A stretch of 46,895 bases of DNA from Candidatus Micrarchaeota archaeon (lineage in GTDB: Archaea > Micrarchaeota > Micrarchaeia > Norongarragalinales > SBBD01). Under the pieces are notes generated by a model. It was not told where the DNA came from and searched no databases. It saw only the letters and a program-made list of their open reading frames with translations. Numbering within the stretch: position 1 is the first letter of the stretch; every line of letters starts with the position of its first letter. This document shows, piece after piece, positions 26,236-36,465 of the stretch. The stretch covers positions 1 through 46,895 of the forward strand of contig JAZDGU010000034.1 in assembly GCA_043806595.1 (NCBI GenBank), given 5' to 3'. The translations under genes were made by a program, and so were the position numbers.

Positions 26236-27828
26236 ATGGGAATGAAAGAATATCGGAGCCCGCTTACTCTGCGCGCACTTCTGCTTGGGGCGGTGCTTTC
26301 CGTCCTCGTCGGGCTGTATTCGATGTACGCCGGCCTCAAGATTGGCGGCGTCTACTGGCCCATCGTCACCACGTCCCTTGTGGCAATGGCGCTGCTCAAG
26401 CTGCTGGGCGGCACGGACAAGAACGAAATCAATATCCTGCAGACCGCGGCCAACACCGGCGGGCTGCTCGCCGCAGGGCTCATTTTCACGATTCCCGCGA
26501 TATGGATGCTCGGATTCGACATCAGCGCGTGGGACGTGTTCTGGATAAGCGTCGTCGGCGGCGGGGTCGGACTGGTGTTCTCCCTTCCCCTGCGCCGGCA
26601 GATGATCGAAAGGGAGAAACTGCCGTATGCGGACGGGACTGCCGCGGCGGCCCTGATCGACGCGGGCGACCGCGGGGGCAGGAAGGCCGGGACGCTGATG
26701 AAGGCCGTCGGCGTCGGCGGGGCGTTCGCGGCAGCGAGGGACTACTTCGGCTGGATTCCGGGGGTAGTGAATCTGGAGACGCTGAAGATATCGGCGGGAA
26801 GGGTGTTTTCGCTGGGGTCCTCGGTGTCGCTGATACCGTTTGCCGGAGGTTTCCTCATCGGTCCGAGGTTCACCCTCGCATGGTTCCTGGGGGCGATTAC
26901 CACTTACTTCCTCATCGTGCCATATTTTCTCGCACAGGGCTTCGCGGACAAGGTGTCGGTGGTGGTGCAGGTTGCAAAGCCCCTCGGCGTCGGCATAGTC
27001 TTCGGCTCGGTGATAGCGTATTTCGCGCTCAAGGGGCTGCCTGCGATGGCAAGGATGGCGGCTGACTGGGAGAGGTCAAGACAGAACAAGAACGCTGCGC
27101 TGGCGATAATCGCCGGAACGCTCATCCTGACCATCGTCACCGACATGAACGCGCCCCTCGCCATCCTCGCCATGCTCGGCGCGTTCGTGATGGCGTTCGT
27201 CGCAGCGCGCGTCACGGGCGAGATGAACGTCGACCCGCTTGAAATCTTCGCCTTCCTCGTGATGCTAGCAGCCAAGCTCGTCTTCGGCTTCAACGCGATA
27301 TACCTCGTCGTGCTCGCCGCCGTCGTCGCCATAGCCGCGGGCACAGCTGGCGACGTCATGCAGGACCTCAAGGCAGGGCATATCCTCGGGACCCGACCGG
27401 AGCACCAGGTCGTCGCGCAGGCCGTGGGTCTCGTCTCCGCGGCCCTCGTCCTCGGCGGGGCGCTCTTCGCGCTGCAGGCATCGTACGGCATCGGTTCCCC
27501 CGAGTTCCCGGCGCCGCAGGCACAGGCGCTCAAGGAAATCCTTTCCGCCGGCGGCCTTACCGGCATACTTCTCTTCGGCGCGGTTGCCGGGATAATCCTG
27601 ACGCTTTCCGCGGACTACGCCGGATGGGGGATTGCGAGCATCGCCTTCGGCATCGGCCTGTATGTGCCAATGGAGCTATCTTTTCCGCTTTTCGCGGGGG
27701 GGATCATCCGGTTCCTTGCCGACAGGGCCAAGAGCACGGACTTCTGGAGGCTCGCCGCCGCGGGCGTAATCGCCGGCGAGGGGCTCGTCGGCGTGGCTCT
27801 CGCGCTTGCAGGATATTTCGGGGGCTAG
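26236..27828 (+). CDS. OPT/YSL-family oligopeptide transporter
   Basis: YAGLKIG, EINILQT, IFTIPA, LPYADGTA, MQDLKAG, FPAPQA, GIGLYVP and GVIAGEGL motifs. Confidence 0.92.
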   Translation: MGMKEYRSPLTLRALLLGAVLSVLVGLYSMYAGLKIGGVYWPIVTTSLVAMALLKLLGGTDKNEINILQTAANTGGLLAAGLIFTIPAIWMLGFDISAWDVFWISVVGGGVGLVFSLPLRRQMIEREKLPYADGTAAAALIDAGDRGGRKAGTLMKAVGVGGAFAAARDYFGWIPGVVNLETLKISAGRVFSLGSSVSLIPFAGGFLIGPRFTLAWFLGAITTYFLIVPYFLAQGFADKVSVVVQVAKPLGVGIVFGSVIAYFALKGLPAMARMAADWERSRQNKNAALAIIAGTLILTIVTDMNAPLAILAMLGAFVMAFVAARVTGEMNVDPLEIFAFLVMLAAKLVFGFNAIYLVVLAAVVAIAAGTAGDVMQDLKAGHILGTRPEHQVVAQAVGLVSAALVLGGALFALQASYGIGSPEFPAPQAQALKEILSAGGLTGILLFGAVAGIILTLSADYAGWGIASIAFGIGLYVPMELSFPLFAGGIIRFLADRAKSTDFWRLAAAGVIAGEGLVGVALALAGYFGG

Positions 27829-27881
27829 AACCGGTGTTTTTTTAAGACGACCGCGGATAAGAAGAATATGGTCGTTTGCGT

Positions 27882-28682
27882 ATGATCGGCATAGACTTCG
27901 GCTCGACGTACACCGATGTTGCTTATTATTCCAAGGGCACGGTGCGGTTCGCCTCGTTCGAATCCGGCTCGTTCTCCCTTGATGCGCTCGAAAAACTGGC
28001 GGTCGGGGACGGCAAGGTGGCTGTGACAGGCGCGGTTGCCGTCGTCGAGAAGCGCAATCCCGGAATCCTGCAGCTCGGCAGGCGCCTGCGGCTGGTCAAA
28101 ATCGGGGAGATTGACGCAATTGCGCGCGGCGCGAGGCACCTCACCGGAAAAGGCAGGATGCTCGTGGCCAATGTGGGCACAGGCACGCCCTTCGTATATG
28201 TCGACGGAAGCACGGCGAGGCACGTCGCCGGCACCGGCATCGGCGGCGGCACGCTTTCGGGACTCGCAAGGCTCCTGGTGAACACGCGCGTCGAAAACAT
28301 GGAAGAACTCGCAAGGAGGGGCACCCCAAGGCTTGACCTGACCGTGGGAGAGGCCGTCGGGGGCGGCGTCGGGATCGTCGGCGGGGATGCGACCGCAAGC
28401 AACTTCGGGAAGGCGGCCTCCGCAAAGCGGGTCCACAACGAGGACGTGGCGTTGAGCACAATCAACCTCGTGGCCGAGGCCGTAGGAACAATGGCCCTCC
28501 TGGCGGCGAAGGGCTGCGGCTGCGAGAAGGACATTGTCTTCACAGGGAGGGCGGTGGCGAGGAACAAGCTGATGCAGGAGAAAATCGGGGAAGTGATGAG
28601 GCTCTTCGGCGGGAAGGCAGTGTTTCCCGAAAATGCCGAGTATTGCACGGCAATGGGCGCGCTGCTGTCGCTGGGCAAGTAG
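27882..28682 (+). CDS. Type II pantothenate kinase (CoaW/Fumble family, ASKHA fold)
   Basis: GIDFGST, VAVTG, EIDAIARG, ANVGTG, GTGIGGGTLSGL, DLTVGE, ASNFGK and YCTAMGA motifs. Confidence 0.8.
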   Translation: MIGIDFGSTYTDVAYYSKGTVRFASFESGSFSLDALEKLAVGDGKVAVTGAVAVVEKRNPGILQLGRRLRLVKIGEIDAIARGARHLTGKGRMLVANVGTGTPFVYVDGSTARHVAGTGIGGGTLSGLARLLVNTRVENMEELARRGTPRLDLTVGEAVGGGVGIVGGDATASNFGKAASAKRVHNEDVALSTINLVAEAVGTMALLAAKGCGCEKDIVFTGRAVARNKLMQEKIGEVMRLFGGKAVFPENAEYCTAMGALLSLGK

Positions 28683-28707
28683 AACCAGACGCAATCGGAA
28701 GCAGCAG

Positions 28708-29064
28708 CTACTTCTTGCGGCCCTTCTTCGCGCGCTTCGTGAAATAGGCGTAGCCCTTGGACTGCGCGTACGTCCGGCGCTCCTGGACCTCCTCCTTCAG
28801 CTGGCGGATGCGCTGCTTGCGCTCGCATGCGGCCTTCTCGACGTCCTCGGGGCCGAGGGAATAGACGAAATAGCTGGAAAACACGAGGTTGGCGTCGTTG
28901 CCGAGCTCGCCCTTGGCGGCCTTGAGCTGTTCCGAGGATGCGGTGCGGAGCACGACCGCGGAATCGCACTCGTTGCAGAGACGGTAGCTGGTCTGGGAGT
29001 CCCAGACCTGCTTGGTCTTGCAAGTTCCGCAGGAAACGACATAAAGCTTGATAGATTCATTCAT
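28708..29064 (-). CDS. Hypothetical zinc-ribbon protein with basic coiled C-terminus
   Basis: CGTC..CNEC plus a K/R-rich helix. Confidence 0.7.
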   Translation of the reverse strand: MNESIKLYVVSCGTCKTKQVWDSQTSYRLCNECDSAVVLRTASSEQLKAAKGELGNDANLVFSSYFVYSLGPEDVEKAACERKQRIRQLKEEVQERRTYAQSKGYAYFTKRAKKGRKK

Positions 29065-29329
29065 GTAAACGACCCCGTGGCGCCCGGCAAACCCCGCACT
29101 AGTTATTATGCACGTCCACCTTAATATATGTATCTCTGCCCCAGTAGTTACTTATTAACCACCGTAGGGGGGATATAGGGAGAGCGGCGCCGAATAAAAC
29201 CGCTCGGTTTAACCCCCGCAGCGCTGAAGCATACCCGCATGCGGCGGCAGGTGGAAAGCGTTAAAACCAGCCACGGCGATAAACGAAGAGGCCGGTTCAT
29301 CCAAGGCGGGAGCGAAACCGGAAAAAGCA

Positions 29330-30556
29330 ATGATGAAAATGGCGGCACAAAGCAAGGAGGCATATGAATTCCGCAGGCAAGTGGAGGCCTTGAAACAGTT
29401 CCGCGGCAGGGGCACGGAACTGATCTCGGTCTACATCACCCCCGGGTATGCCATTTCAGACGTGACCGCAAAGCTGCGGGACGAATACGGGCAGGCGTCG
29501 AACATCAAGAGCAAGACCACTCAGCTGAACGTGCAGGCCGCGCTGCAGAAGGTCATGCAGTACCTGAAGACGCTGGGGCACAGGCCGCCGGAGAACGGCA
29601 TAGCCATATTCTGCGGCAACCTGTCCGAATCAGAGGGAAAGACGGACATCAGGCTGTATTCCGTGGTCCCTCCGACGCCCATGCAGACGCAGTTCTACCG
29701 CTGCGATTCCGCGTTCGTCACCGACCCCCTTGAGGAGCTCATGGGGCAGGCGGACGGCTTCGGGCTCGTGGTCATGGACGGAAAGGAGGCGACGGTTGCC
29801 CTGCTCAAGGGAAAGACCACGAAAATCCTGAAGAAGCTGCACACCACGGCCCACCAGAAGGTCATGAAGGGCGGGCAGTCCGCTGCGCGATACGACCGGC
29901 TGCACACAGAAGGCGTCGAATATTACTACAAGCGCATCGGCGAGGCCATGGAATCCTACGTCGGAATGAAGAACTTCAAGGGCGTCATCGTCGGCGGGCC
30001 GGGGCCGGCGAAGGAGGGCTTCCTGCGCATGAAACCGTTCCACCACGAGCTAAAGATAATCGCGATAGTGGACACGGGCTACACGGACGAGCAGGGGCTG
30101 CGCGAGCTAATCGAGAAGAGCGAGGGCGTGATTTCCGAGCAGGAAGCAGTCAAAGAGAAGAAACTCGTCGAGGAGTTCATGAAGGCGATTTCCACGGGCG
30201 GCCTGGCCACCTACGGCTTGGCCGAGATTCGGGAGGCGCTCGAGTCCGGCAAGGCAAGCAAGCTGCTCGTCGCCGAAGGGCTCGAGCTGCACGAACTGCA
30301 GACTCAATGCGCGCAGTGCGGGAGCGCCGACAGGCACATAACCGAGGAGCCCACGGCGCAGGCTGAAGTCAAGCTCAAATGCGGCAAGTGCGGAGCGCGC
30401 CCGAAGGTGACGGAGGACAAGGACATCGTCGCGGGGCTGCAGGAGATTGCCGCCGCGAGGGGCATCGACGTCGAGCTCGTCTCGCAGGAGACGCACGAGG
30501 GCCAGCAGTTCCTCGGCACCTTCCACGGCCTCGGCGCGTTCCTCAGGTACAGGTAG
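29330..30556 (+). CDS. prf1: Peptide chain release factor aRF1
   Basis: GTELISVYI, ASNIKS, YRCD, GGQSAAR and GAFLRY motifs, with a CxxC/CxxC minidomain. Confidence 0.97.
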   Translation: MMKMAAQSKEAYEFRRQVEALKQFRGRGTELISVYITPGYAISDVTAKLRDEYGQASNIKSKTTQLNVQAALQKVMQYLKTLGHRPPENGIAIFCGNLSESEGKTDIRLYSVVPPTPMQTQFYRCDSAFVTDPLEELMGQADGFGLVVMDGKEATVALLKGKTTKILKKLHTTAHQKVMKGGQSAARYDRLHTEGVEYYYKRIGEAMESYVGMKNFKGVIVGGPGPAKEGFLRMKPFHHELKIIAIVDTGYTDEQGLRELIEKSEGVISEQEAVKEKKLVEEFMKAISTGGLATYGLAEIREALESGKASKLLVAEGLELHELQTQCAQCGSADRHITEEPTAQAEVKLKCGKCGARPKVTEDKDIVAGLQEIAAARGIDVELVSQETHEGQQFLGTFHGLGAFLRYR

Positions 30557-30574
30557 AATTGCAGGCGTGAGGGA

Positions 30575-31732
30575 ATGGATTCGGGGGGCGGTTTGCACGC
30601 GCGGGAGAAGGCGTTCGCGCAGGAGGCGTTCAAGGAATACTACCGGCGCCACTTGAAGGCCCCGCCCCAAATCTATGCGAGGGAGTTCGGCTTCGGATTC
30701 GAGAAGAAGATCGACTTCCGGCACAGGGCATTCGAGACCGAAACGGCGCTGCAGGAGTTCATCCAACGCGAGGCCCCGCTGTACATGTCATACAGCGCGG
30801 CGTACTACCGCTATCCCGCGGCGCAGCCGATGCAGAACAAGGAATTCCTCGGCGCCGACCTCGTGTTCGACTTGGACGCGCAGACGGCACACGAAGCCCA
30901 CAATCCCGTGTTCTGCCACGAGTGCTTCGAAGGCGTGCGCAAGGAGTGCATCGAGCTCGTCGACGAGTTCCTGCTCCACGACTTCGGTTTCCCGGCAGAG
31001 GAGCTGCGCGTCAACTTCTCCGGCCAGAAGGGCTTCCACATACACGTCCGCTCGGAGCGGGTCCGCTCGCTGTCCGCCGAAGCAAGGAGGCAGCTCATCA
31101 ATTATGCGACCGCTGGAGGGCTCAACCTCGCGAAAATCCTCGCCCGTCAGAAGCGCGCGAGCGACTCGGGGAGGGCCGTGGAGGTGCTTCGCGGCCCGAC
31201 GGAAAACTCGAAGGGCTGGGCGGGGAAGCTCTACAGGGCCGCCACAGGGCTCATCGGGCGCGGGGACGCGGAGGAGATGCGCGCCATCGGCCTGACGCGG
31301 CCGCAGATGCAGAAGCTCGCGGAAAACCGCGAGGCGGTGCTCGGGAAGATGAGGCAGGGCAATTGGGACTACCTTCGCGGAATGGAGAAGGCATGGGAGA
31401 ACCTGCTGCAGCGGACGGTGAAGATGCACGGCGTGGAAGTCGACCGGAACGTCACCTACGACCTCGCGAGGCTGATAAGGCTTCCGGACTCCCTGCACGG
31501 GGACACGGGATTCATCGCGAAGACGATGAAGATGCCGGAGCTCGCGGTCTTCGACCCGACGAGGGACGCTACGGCGTTCGACGACAGGAAGCCGGTGAGG
31601 GTCACCGCCACGGAGGCCGTAAACTTCGGTTTCGCGGGAAAGACCGTCGACCTGAAGGCGCACGAGCAGAGGACGCTTCCGTTCAACGTCGCGATGCTCC
31701 TCGTCTGCAAGAAAAAGGCGGCGCTGGTCTAG
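30575..31732 (+). CDS. priS: DNA primase catalytic subunit PriS
   Basis: REFGF, DLVFDLD, FSGQKGFHIH and VD..VTYD..RLIRLPDSLHG motifs. Confidence 0.95.
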   Translation: MDSGGGLHAREKAFAQEAFKEYYRRHLKAPPQIYAREFGFGFEKKIDFRHRAFETETALQEFIQREAPLYMSYSAAYYRYPAAQPMQNKEFLGADLVFDLDAQTAHEAHNPVFCHECFEGVRKECIELVDEFLLHDFGFPAEELRVNFSGQKGFHIHVRSERVRSLSAEARRQLINYATAGGLNLAKILARQKRASDSGRAVEVLRGPTENSKGWAGKLYRAATGLIGRGDAEEMRAIGLTRPQMQKLAENREAVLGKMRQGNWDYLRGMEKAWENLLQRTVKMHGVEVDRNVTYDLARLIRLPDSLHGDTGFIAKTMKMPELAVFDPTRDATAFDDRKPVRVTATEAVNFGFAGKTVDLKAHEQRTLPFNVAMLLVCKKKAALV

Positions 31733-31903
31733 GGAAGGCGAAAGCCCCGAAACGGCGCAGGCACCTGCAGCTCGTCGGGCAAGGCACGGCGGCGTGCGGG
31801 GGGGAAGCGGCAGTTATATAAGCCGAGTATTCGAACCAATTCCGGAGATTCATCCAATATTGGCGATTTTCCCAATAATTGTAAAATTGTAAAAGGTGTG
31901 ACC

Positions 31904-32437
31904 ATGAAGGGGAATTTGACGCTCGCGGCGCTCGTTTTGATCGGCTCGCTTATGGCGGGCTGCACGCAGACGACGCAAGCAGGCACGCCGACGCTTGAAG
32001 CCTTCACGGCGACGGCGACGCCGTTCCAGGAAATCGCCACGCCGACTCCATCTGGAGAGGCGATGCTGGGCTCGGAATGCGCGGCTTTCCCGCAGAACCT
32101 TGATTCATGCACCGAATACACGTGCCAATTCACGCACCCGCTAACAGGAGAACTGATGGAAAGGCGGATCCTCGGAATATCCGAAGGAAGATGCGCGTAT
32201 GTGGAGCAGATGCCGAACGGCGGGAAAATGGAATGCGGATTCACGGAAAGCACGAGGAAAGCGGCCGCGCAGTATTACATGGACGTCGCGGCAGCGGCGG
32301 AGGTCGGGACCGAGGTCAGCGCTGACCTGGGCTCTGGAGACATCGAAACAAGATACACGATAGACGGCAGGGAAGTCGACAGCCCGCTCGAGGAATCGTT
32401 CGCAATCGGGGAATGCACGATATCGGGTTATTCTTGA
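31904..32437 (+). CDS. Secreted lipoprotein-like protein, Cys-containing
   Basis: LMAGC lipobox-like signal, T/P-rich linker and an acidic domain with six Cys. Confidence 0.75.
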   Translation: MKGNLTLAALVLIGSLMAGCTQTTQAGTPTLEAFTATATPFQEIATPTPSGEAMLGSECAAFPQNLDSCTEYTCQFTHPLTGELMERRILGISEGRCAYVEQMPNGGKMECGFTESTRKAAAQYYMDVAAAAEVGTEVSADLGSGDIETRYTIDGREVDSPLEESFAIGECTISGYS

Positions 32438-32488
32438 AGCCGGAATCCGTATTGTGGGACGCGGCAAACTTCCGCGGGCCGGAGGGCG

Positions 32489-34141
32489 TCAGTCAATCGC
32501 GAGCTCGAACGCCGCGCAAGGCACCTGCAGCCCCGACGCTTGCAGCACCAGCGGATGGAGTTCTCCGATGAACCCCGCGTCAACTTCCTTGCCGTCGCGG
32601 TGCAGCAGAATCCTTGCGCCCCTTCCGTCGATGAAGCGCCCTGACTCCAACGGCTTGAGCGAGAACTTCCAGCCCAGCCTTGAAAGAAGCGAAGACAGCA
32701 CGCCAGCAGATTCGGATAGGCTTGCTGCCGCGTGGGCGGTGGCGCCGCAGGCCTTCAGCCGGGTGGCATAGCCGGTGTCGGAAGAGGAATCGCGCTCGAC
32801 GGTCTGGCCGATTTCGAATACCTTCTGGGGGTACGGCTCGTGCGTGTTCTTCGAAAGAAGATTCAACACTCCGGGAAGGATGTGCGAGCGGATGCGGTCG
32901 AATTCCTCGCTCACCGGATTGGAGATGCGGGCAAGGCCCTCGCCGAGTGCGGCCTTCGAGGCGATGCAGTCGTTCGTGGTGCAGTGGCAGGCGACCTGCA
33001 GGTAGCCGGCGCCGACCATCGCCTCCTCCGCAATGTCCTGCAGAAAAGTCGAGCCCAGGAGCGAGCCCTTGGAATACACGTCGGGCGGCTTGGGCTCGAA
33101 ATCGTTGTAGCCGTGCCCGAGCGCGACTTCCTCCACAAGGTCCGCGGGATGGATGAAGTCGGCGCGGTAGGGAGGGATGAGGCACTCGAGCGACCTGCCT
33201 TCCTTCCTTGCGGTTGCTCCTATGCACTGGCGCGCGAGGCATTGGCCCATCTTCTCAGCGGACAATGCGGTGCCGAGCATGCGGTTGGCGTAAGCGACGT
33301 CGAGCTCCATCCTCTGGGGGTGCGTGTTCGGCGTATGCACGCGCTTGCCGCCATAGATGACCTCCACTGTCTCAACCTTAGCACCGCTGTCGGCGAAGTC
33401 GCGGCAGAGGATGTTCAGGGAGGAGTTCAGCGCGGAAAGGTCGCTGCCGGTGTGGTCGATGAAGAGCTCTGTGGTGCCAGGAGTCACCGCGGAAGAGACG
33501 CCGTTGATTATCGGGATGAGGGACAATATTTCCCCAACGGAATCCTCGAGGACGGGGTACTGGCGGTGGCCCTCGAGAAGGTGCGCGTTCTCGATGCCCT
33601 TGGGGTGCGAAAGCAGGATTTGCGAAAGCGTCATCTTCCTATCGGATTTCAGCGGAATGAACGCCGTCTTCCCGGGGTCCGCGGCGCGGTAGCGGAAAGG
33701 AGGCTTGAGGCGCCCCATGTCGTAAAGCCCAATGCTCACCTTGCCCCTCCGGCGGCCGTGTGTCAAGTCGAGCTTCTCCTGCGTCTGGAACAGCGCAGCG
33801 ACGCCGTCCTCGGAAAGCCTGAGGTTGCGGACCACGGCACCGACGATGTACGGCCGGATGCGGGTCGCGGATTCCTCCGCGACGACGTGGACGCCGCTGT
33901 CGGCGAAATCCGACTCCGGCAGGCCCTTCTCGAACCCCAGCCGGCCACGGACGGCTCTTGCGACGCCTTCGGCGGACAGCAAATCGGGCCGGTCGCCGGT
34001 AACCTCGAGCGAATACTCATCCGCTGTCTCGGCGTCGACCGCGGCCTTGACCTGCGCGAGCGCGTCCTCGAGCCTGGAATCGGGCACGTGGCGGCCGACG
34101 AGCGCCTTAAGATGATCCTTTTTGACGGTTATTGTTACCAT
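32489..34141 (-). CDS. pheT: Phenylalanine--tRNA ligase beta subunit
   Basis: DRPDLLSAEG, QEKL..RRRGKVSIGLYD, PPYRADFIHPADLVEEVA and GELHP motifs. Confidence 0.95.
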   Translation of the reverse strand: MVTITVKKDHLKALVGRHVPDSRLEDALAQVKAAVDAETADEYSLEVTGDRPDLLSAEGVARAVRGRLGFEKGLPESDFADSGVHVVAEESATRIRPYIVGAVVRNLRLSEDGVAALFQTQEKLDLTHGRRRGKVSIGLYDMGRLKPPFRYRAADPGKTAFIPLKSDRKMTLSQILLSHPKGIENAHLLEGHRQYPVLEDSVGEILSLIPIINGVSSAVTPGTTELFIDHTGSDLSALNSSLNILCRDFADSGAKVETVEVIYGGKRVHTPNTHPQRMELDVAYANRMLGTALSAEKMGQCLARQCIGATARKEGRSLECLIPPYRADFIHPADLVEEVALGHGYNDFEPKPPDVYSKGSLLGSTFLQDIAEEAMVGAGYLQVACHCTTNDCIASKAALGEGLARISNPVSEEFDRIRSHILPGVLNLLSKNTHEPYPQKVFEIGQTVERDSSSDTGYATRLKACGATAHAAASLSESAGVLSSLLSRLGWKFSLKPLESGRFIDGRGARILLHRDGKEVDAGFIGELHPLVLQASGLQVPCAAFELAID

Positions 34142-34142
34142 G

Positions 34143-35603
34143 TCAGCGCTTCCTCAGGAATTGGACGTCCTGCGAGTTCAGGTCGCGTATGTCGGAAACC
34201 CCGAGCGTCTTCATCGCAAGCCTGTCCAGCCCGAGGCCCCATGCGCACACCGGCACCTTGACGCCCAACGCCTCGAGCATCTCGGGCCTGAACATTCCGG
34301 CGCCGCCGACCTCGGTCCACTTGTCCTCCACCTTGGCGTACATCTCGACCGAAGGCTCGGTGAACGGGAAGTAGCTCGGTACGAACCTGACCTCGTCCGC
34401 TCCGAAGACGCCGGCGGCGAAAGACTTCAGGTAGCCGAGGAGCCCGCGGAAGCTCATGTTCTCGTCCGCGACATAGCCCCCGAGCTGGTTGAACTCGATG
34501 AAGTGCTTCCAGTCGATCTCGTCCGGACGGAAGACCCTAGCGATGAAGAAGACCTTCTCGGGCGGCTTGATGCGCCTGAAGAGCTCGCGCGCGGAGATGC
34601 CGGTGTCGTGCGAACGGGCTATGACGCGCCTCGCCCTCGCACCGCTCCAGGCGTTGCCCCAGCCCTTTGAACCCGCGAGCCCCTCCTCGTGCGCCTTGCG
34701 CACTCGTTCCTCGAGCGCCTTGACGAGGATTTTTCCGGGGGGGGCGTCCAAGTGGAAGACGTCGTGGATGTCGCGCGCGGGATGGTCCTGCGGCATGAAG
34801 AGCACGTCCATGTTCCAGAACTCGAGCTCGACTAGCGGGCCGGAGGCCTCGCGGAAGCCCATGGAGGCCAGTTCCGACTTCAGCCTCCGGATGAAGGAGA
34901 GGTAGTGGTGCCGCCTGCCTGCGGAAAGCGGCGCAGCGGCGGTGGCAAGGTCGTATGGCCGGAAGCGGGCGTTCTTCCACGAACCGTCCTTGAGCATGGC
35001 GGGAGTAAGCTGCGATGCAGTCGCTGCGGAGGACCTGAGAGCCGCCAGGCCCGCTTCGGTGATGGTCAGGGAAATCGATGCGGGAAGCTCTTTCCTCTCC
35101 AGCAGGCGCCTCGAGCGCAGCAATGCAACCGAACCCACTGGAAGTGTAGTCTCATCGGCCTTCATCTCGCCGAGGGCTTCCAGCGCCTTCTCTGTGTCGG
35201 TGCGCCGGTCTGAAACGAATCTCAGCAGGGTCTTGCCGTCCTTTTTCTGGAAAGCGAGCAGCTTTTCCTGCGCCACCCACTTGAAGGCTATTCCCTTTTC
35301 CTTGGGGGAAATGCCTGAGAGAGACGCGGCTTCATCCAGGCCTAGCTCTCCCGCCTTCTTCACGGCGATGCAGAGCCTGCGCTCGGGGGTGCCGTTCTTG
35401 TAGTATTCCAGACCCTCGGCGTTCAGCCATACGACCGCGGCCCTCTCCTTCGGCCGTTCGACCTCGACGAGGCCCTCCTCCTCGAGTGATTCGGCGAGGC
35501 TCATCACGGCGCTGGAATCGACGGAAAGCATGCCGGCGAGAGCAGCACCGTCCCTGCTTCCGCTCGACAGCGCCTCCAGGATTGGTTGCTTGAGATCGGC
35601 CAT
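34143..35603 (-). CDS. pheS: Phenylalanine--tRNA ligase alpha subunit
   Basis: QLTPAML, FWNMDVLFMPQDHPARD, VFRPD, YFPFTEPS, GAGMFRPE and WGLGLDRLAM motifs. Confidence 0.96.
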   Translation of the reverse strand: MADLKQPILEALSSGSRDGAALAGMLSVDSSAVMSLAESLEEEGLVEVERPKERAAVVWLNAEGLEYYKNGTPERRLCIAVKKAGELGLDEAASLSGISPKEKGIAFKWVAQEKLLAFQKKDGKTLLRFVSDRRTDTEKALEALGEMKADETTLPVGSVALLRSRRLLERKELPASISLTITEAGLAALRSSAATASQLTPAMLKDGSWKNARFRPYDLATAAAPLSAGRRHHYLSFIRRLKSELASMGFREASGPLVELEFWNMDVLFMPQDHPARDIHDVFHLDAPPGKILVKALEERVRKAHEEGLAGSKGWGNAWSGARARRVIARSHDTGISARELFRRIKPPEKVFFIARVFRPDEIDWKHFIEFNQLGGYVADENMSFRGLLGYLKSFAAGVFGADEVRFVPSYFPFTEPSVEMYAKVEDKWTEVGGAGMFRPEMLEALGVKVPVCAWGLGLDRLAMKTLGVSDIRDLNSQDVQFLRKR

Positions 35604-35679
35604 GTGATGCCTTCCCCCGTGTGCGTTCATGGGATAAGAGAGAAATCGGTTATAAAACATGCGGTATGCCCGCCGGCGG

Positions 35680-36465
35680 TCACGCCTTGCCGAACGCGAA
35701 GGAGCCGTAGCCGACGACGCGCAGCCGGTCTCCCGCCGTGTCGCCGGAATTCCGGTAGTCCAGCATGGAGCACTTCAGACCCAGTTTTTTCGCAATGAGC
35801 ATCGCCGCAAGCACTCCGGTCTTTCCGCAGGCCTCGCCGTGCGACTGCATGGCTTCCATGTCAAGCGCGGATATCGCCTTGCAGGTGATTCCGTCGATGC
35901 GGTTCGCCTGCTCGTAGGAATGGTAATGGCTCAGGTCCGAGGATACGAGGAGAAGCGAATCGGAATCCAACAATGGGGCAATGATGTCGGCGGCATCCGA
36001 CGGGGAAATGTCTCCGGTCAGCGCCGGGACTATCTCGAAAGCGCGGTGCAGCACAGCCTGGAGGAACGGAATCTCCACTTCAAGGCAATGCTCGGGCGCG
36101 AAAGCCTGGGGAATCGAAAAGATGGAGCCGCTTTTCGCGAAATCGGAGAGGCGCCTGACTTTGACAGTGCCGAGCGGCGTCTTCCACTTGTCGTGGTTGT
36201 CCTCGCCGAGGCCCGGGAAGGCGGCATAATGCGAAGGCCCGAGAAGGAACACGCGCTTGATTTGCAGGCCCTCGAGGGGCTTGAACGCGAATCCCGCGGT
36301 AGGGCCGGAATAAATATATCCGGCGTGCGGGGCGATGACGATTCGGGGGTCGGAAACCCGCTTCGGCCTTGCGGCGCGCAGGAAGCCATCGACCATGCGC
36401 TTCAATTCGAGGGCTTCGGCGGGATAGAACGCGCCCGCGACCGCCGGCTCCCTTGTGCCAGTCAT
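35680..36465 (-). CDS. amrB: AmmeMemoRadiSam system protein B (MEMO1 family)
   Basis: REPAVAGAFYP, PHAGYIYSG, GPSH, EHCLEVEIPFLQ, SSDLSHY, ACG and NSGD..VVGYG motifs. Confidence 0.93.
   Translation of the reverse strand: MTGTREPAVAGAFYPAEALELKRMVDGFLRAARPKRVSDPRIVIAPHAGYIYSGPTAGFAFKPLEGLQIKRVFLLGPSHYAAFPGLGEDNHDKWKTPLGTVKVRRLSDFAKSGSIFSIPQAFAPEHCLEVEIPFLQAVLHRAFEIVPALTGDISPSDAADIIAPLLDSDSLLLVSSDLSHYHSYEQANRIDGITCKAISALDMEAMQSHGEACGKTGVLAAMLIAKKLGLKCSMLDYRNSGDTAGDRLRVVGYGSFAFGKA

Noticed and set aside
29160..29330. RNase P or SRP RNA
   Set aside because: Conserved P4 (GAGGAAAGTCC) and SRP helix 8 motifs are not seen, and the region is too short.
31855..31894. CCAATATTGG palindrome and tandem AATTGTAAA upstream of a lipoprotein gene
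   Set aside because: Short AT-rich motifs with no linked regulator; cannot be distinguished from chance.
32732..34261. Long antisense or alternate-frame ORFs (e.g. 509 aa here; also 22144-23091, 35659-36618, 43927-45009, 14244-15443)
   Set aside because: Shadow ORFs of well-supported genes, expected with high GC3 codon bias.
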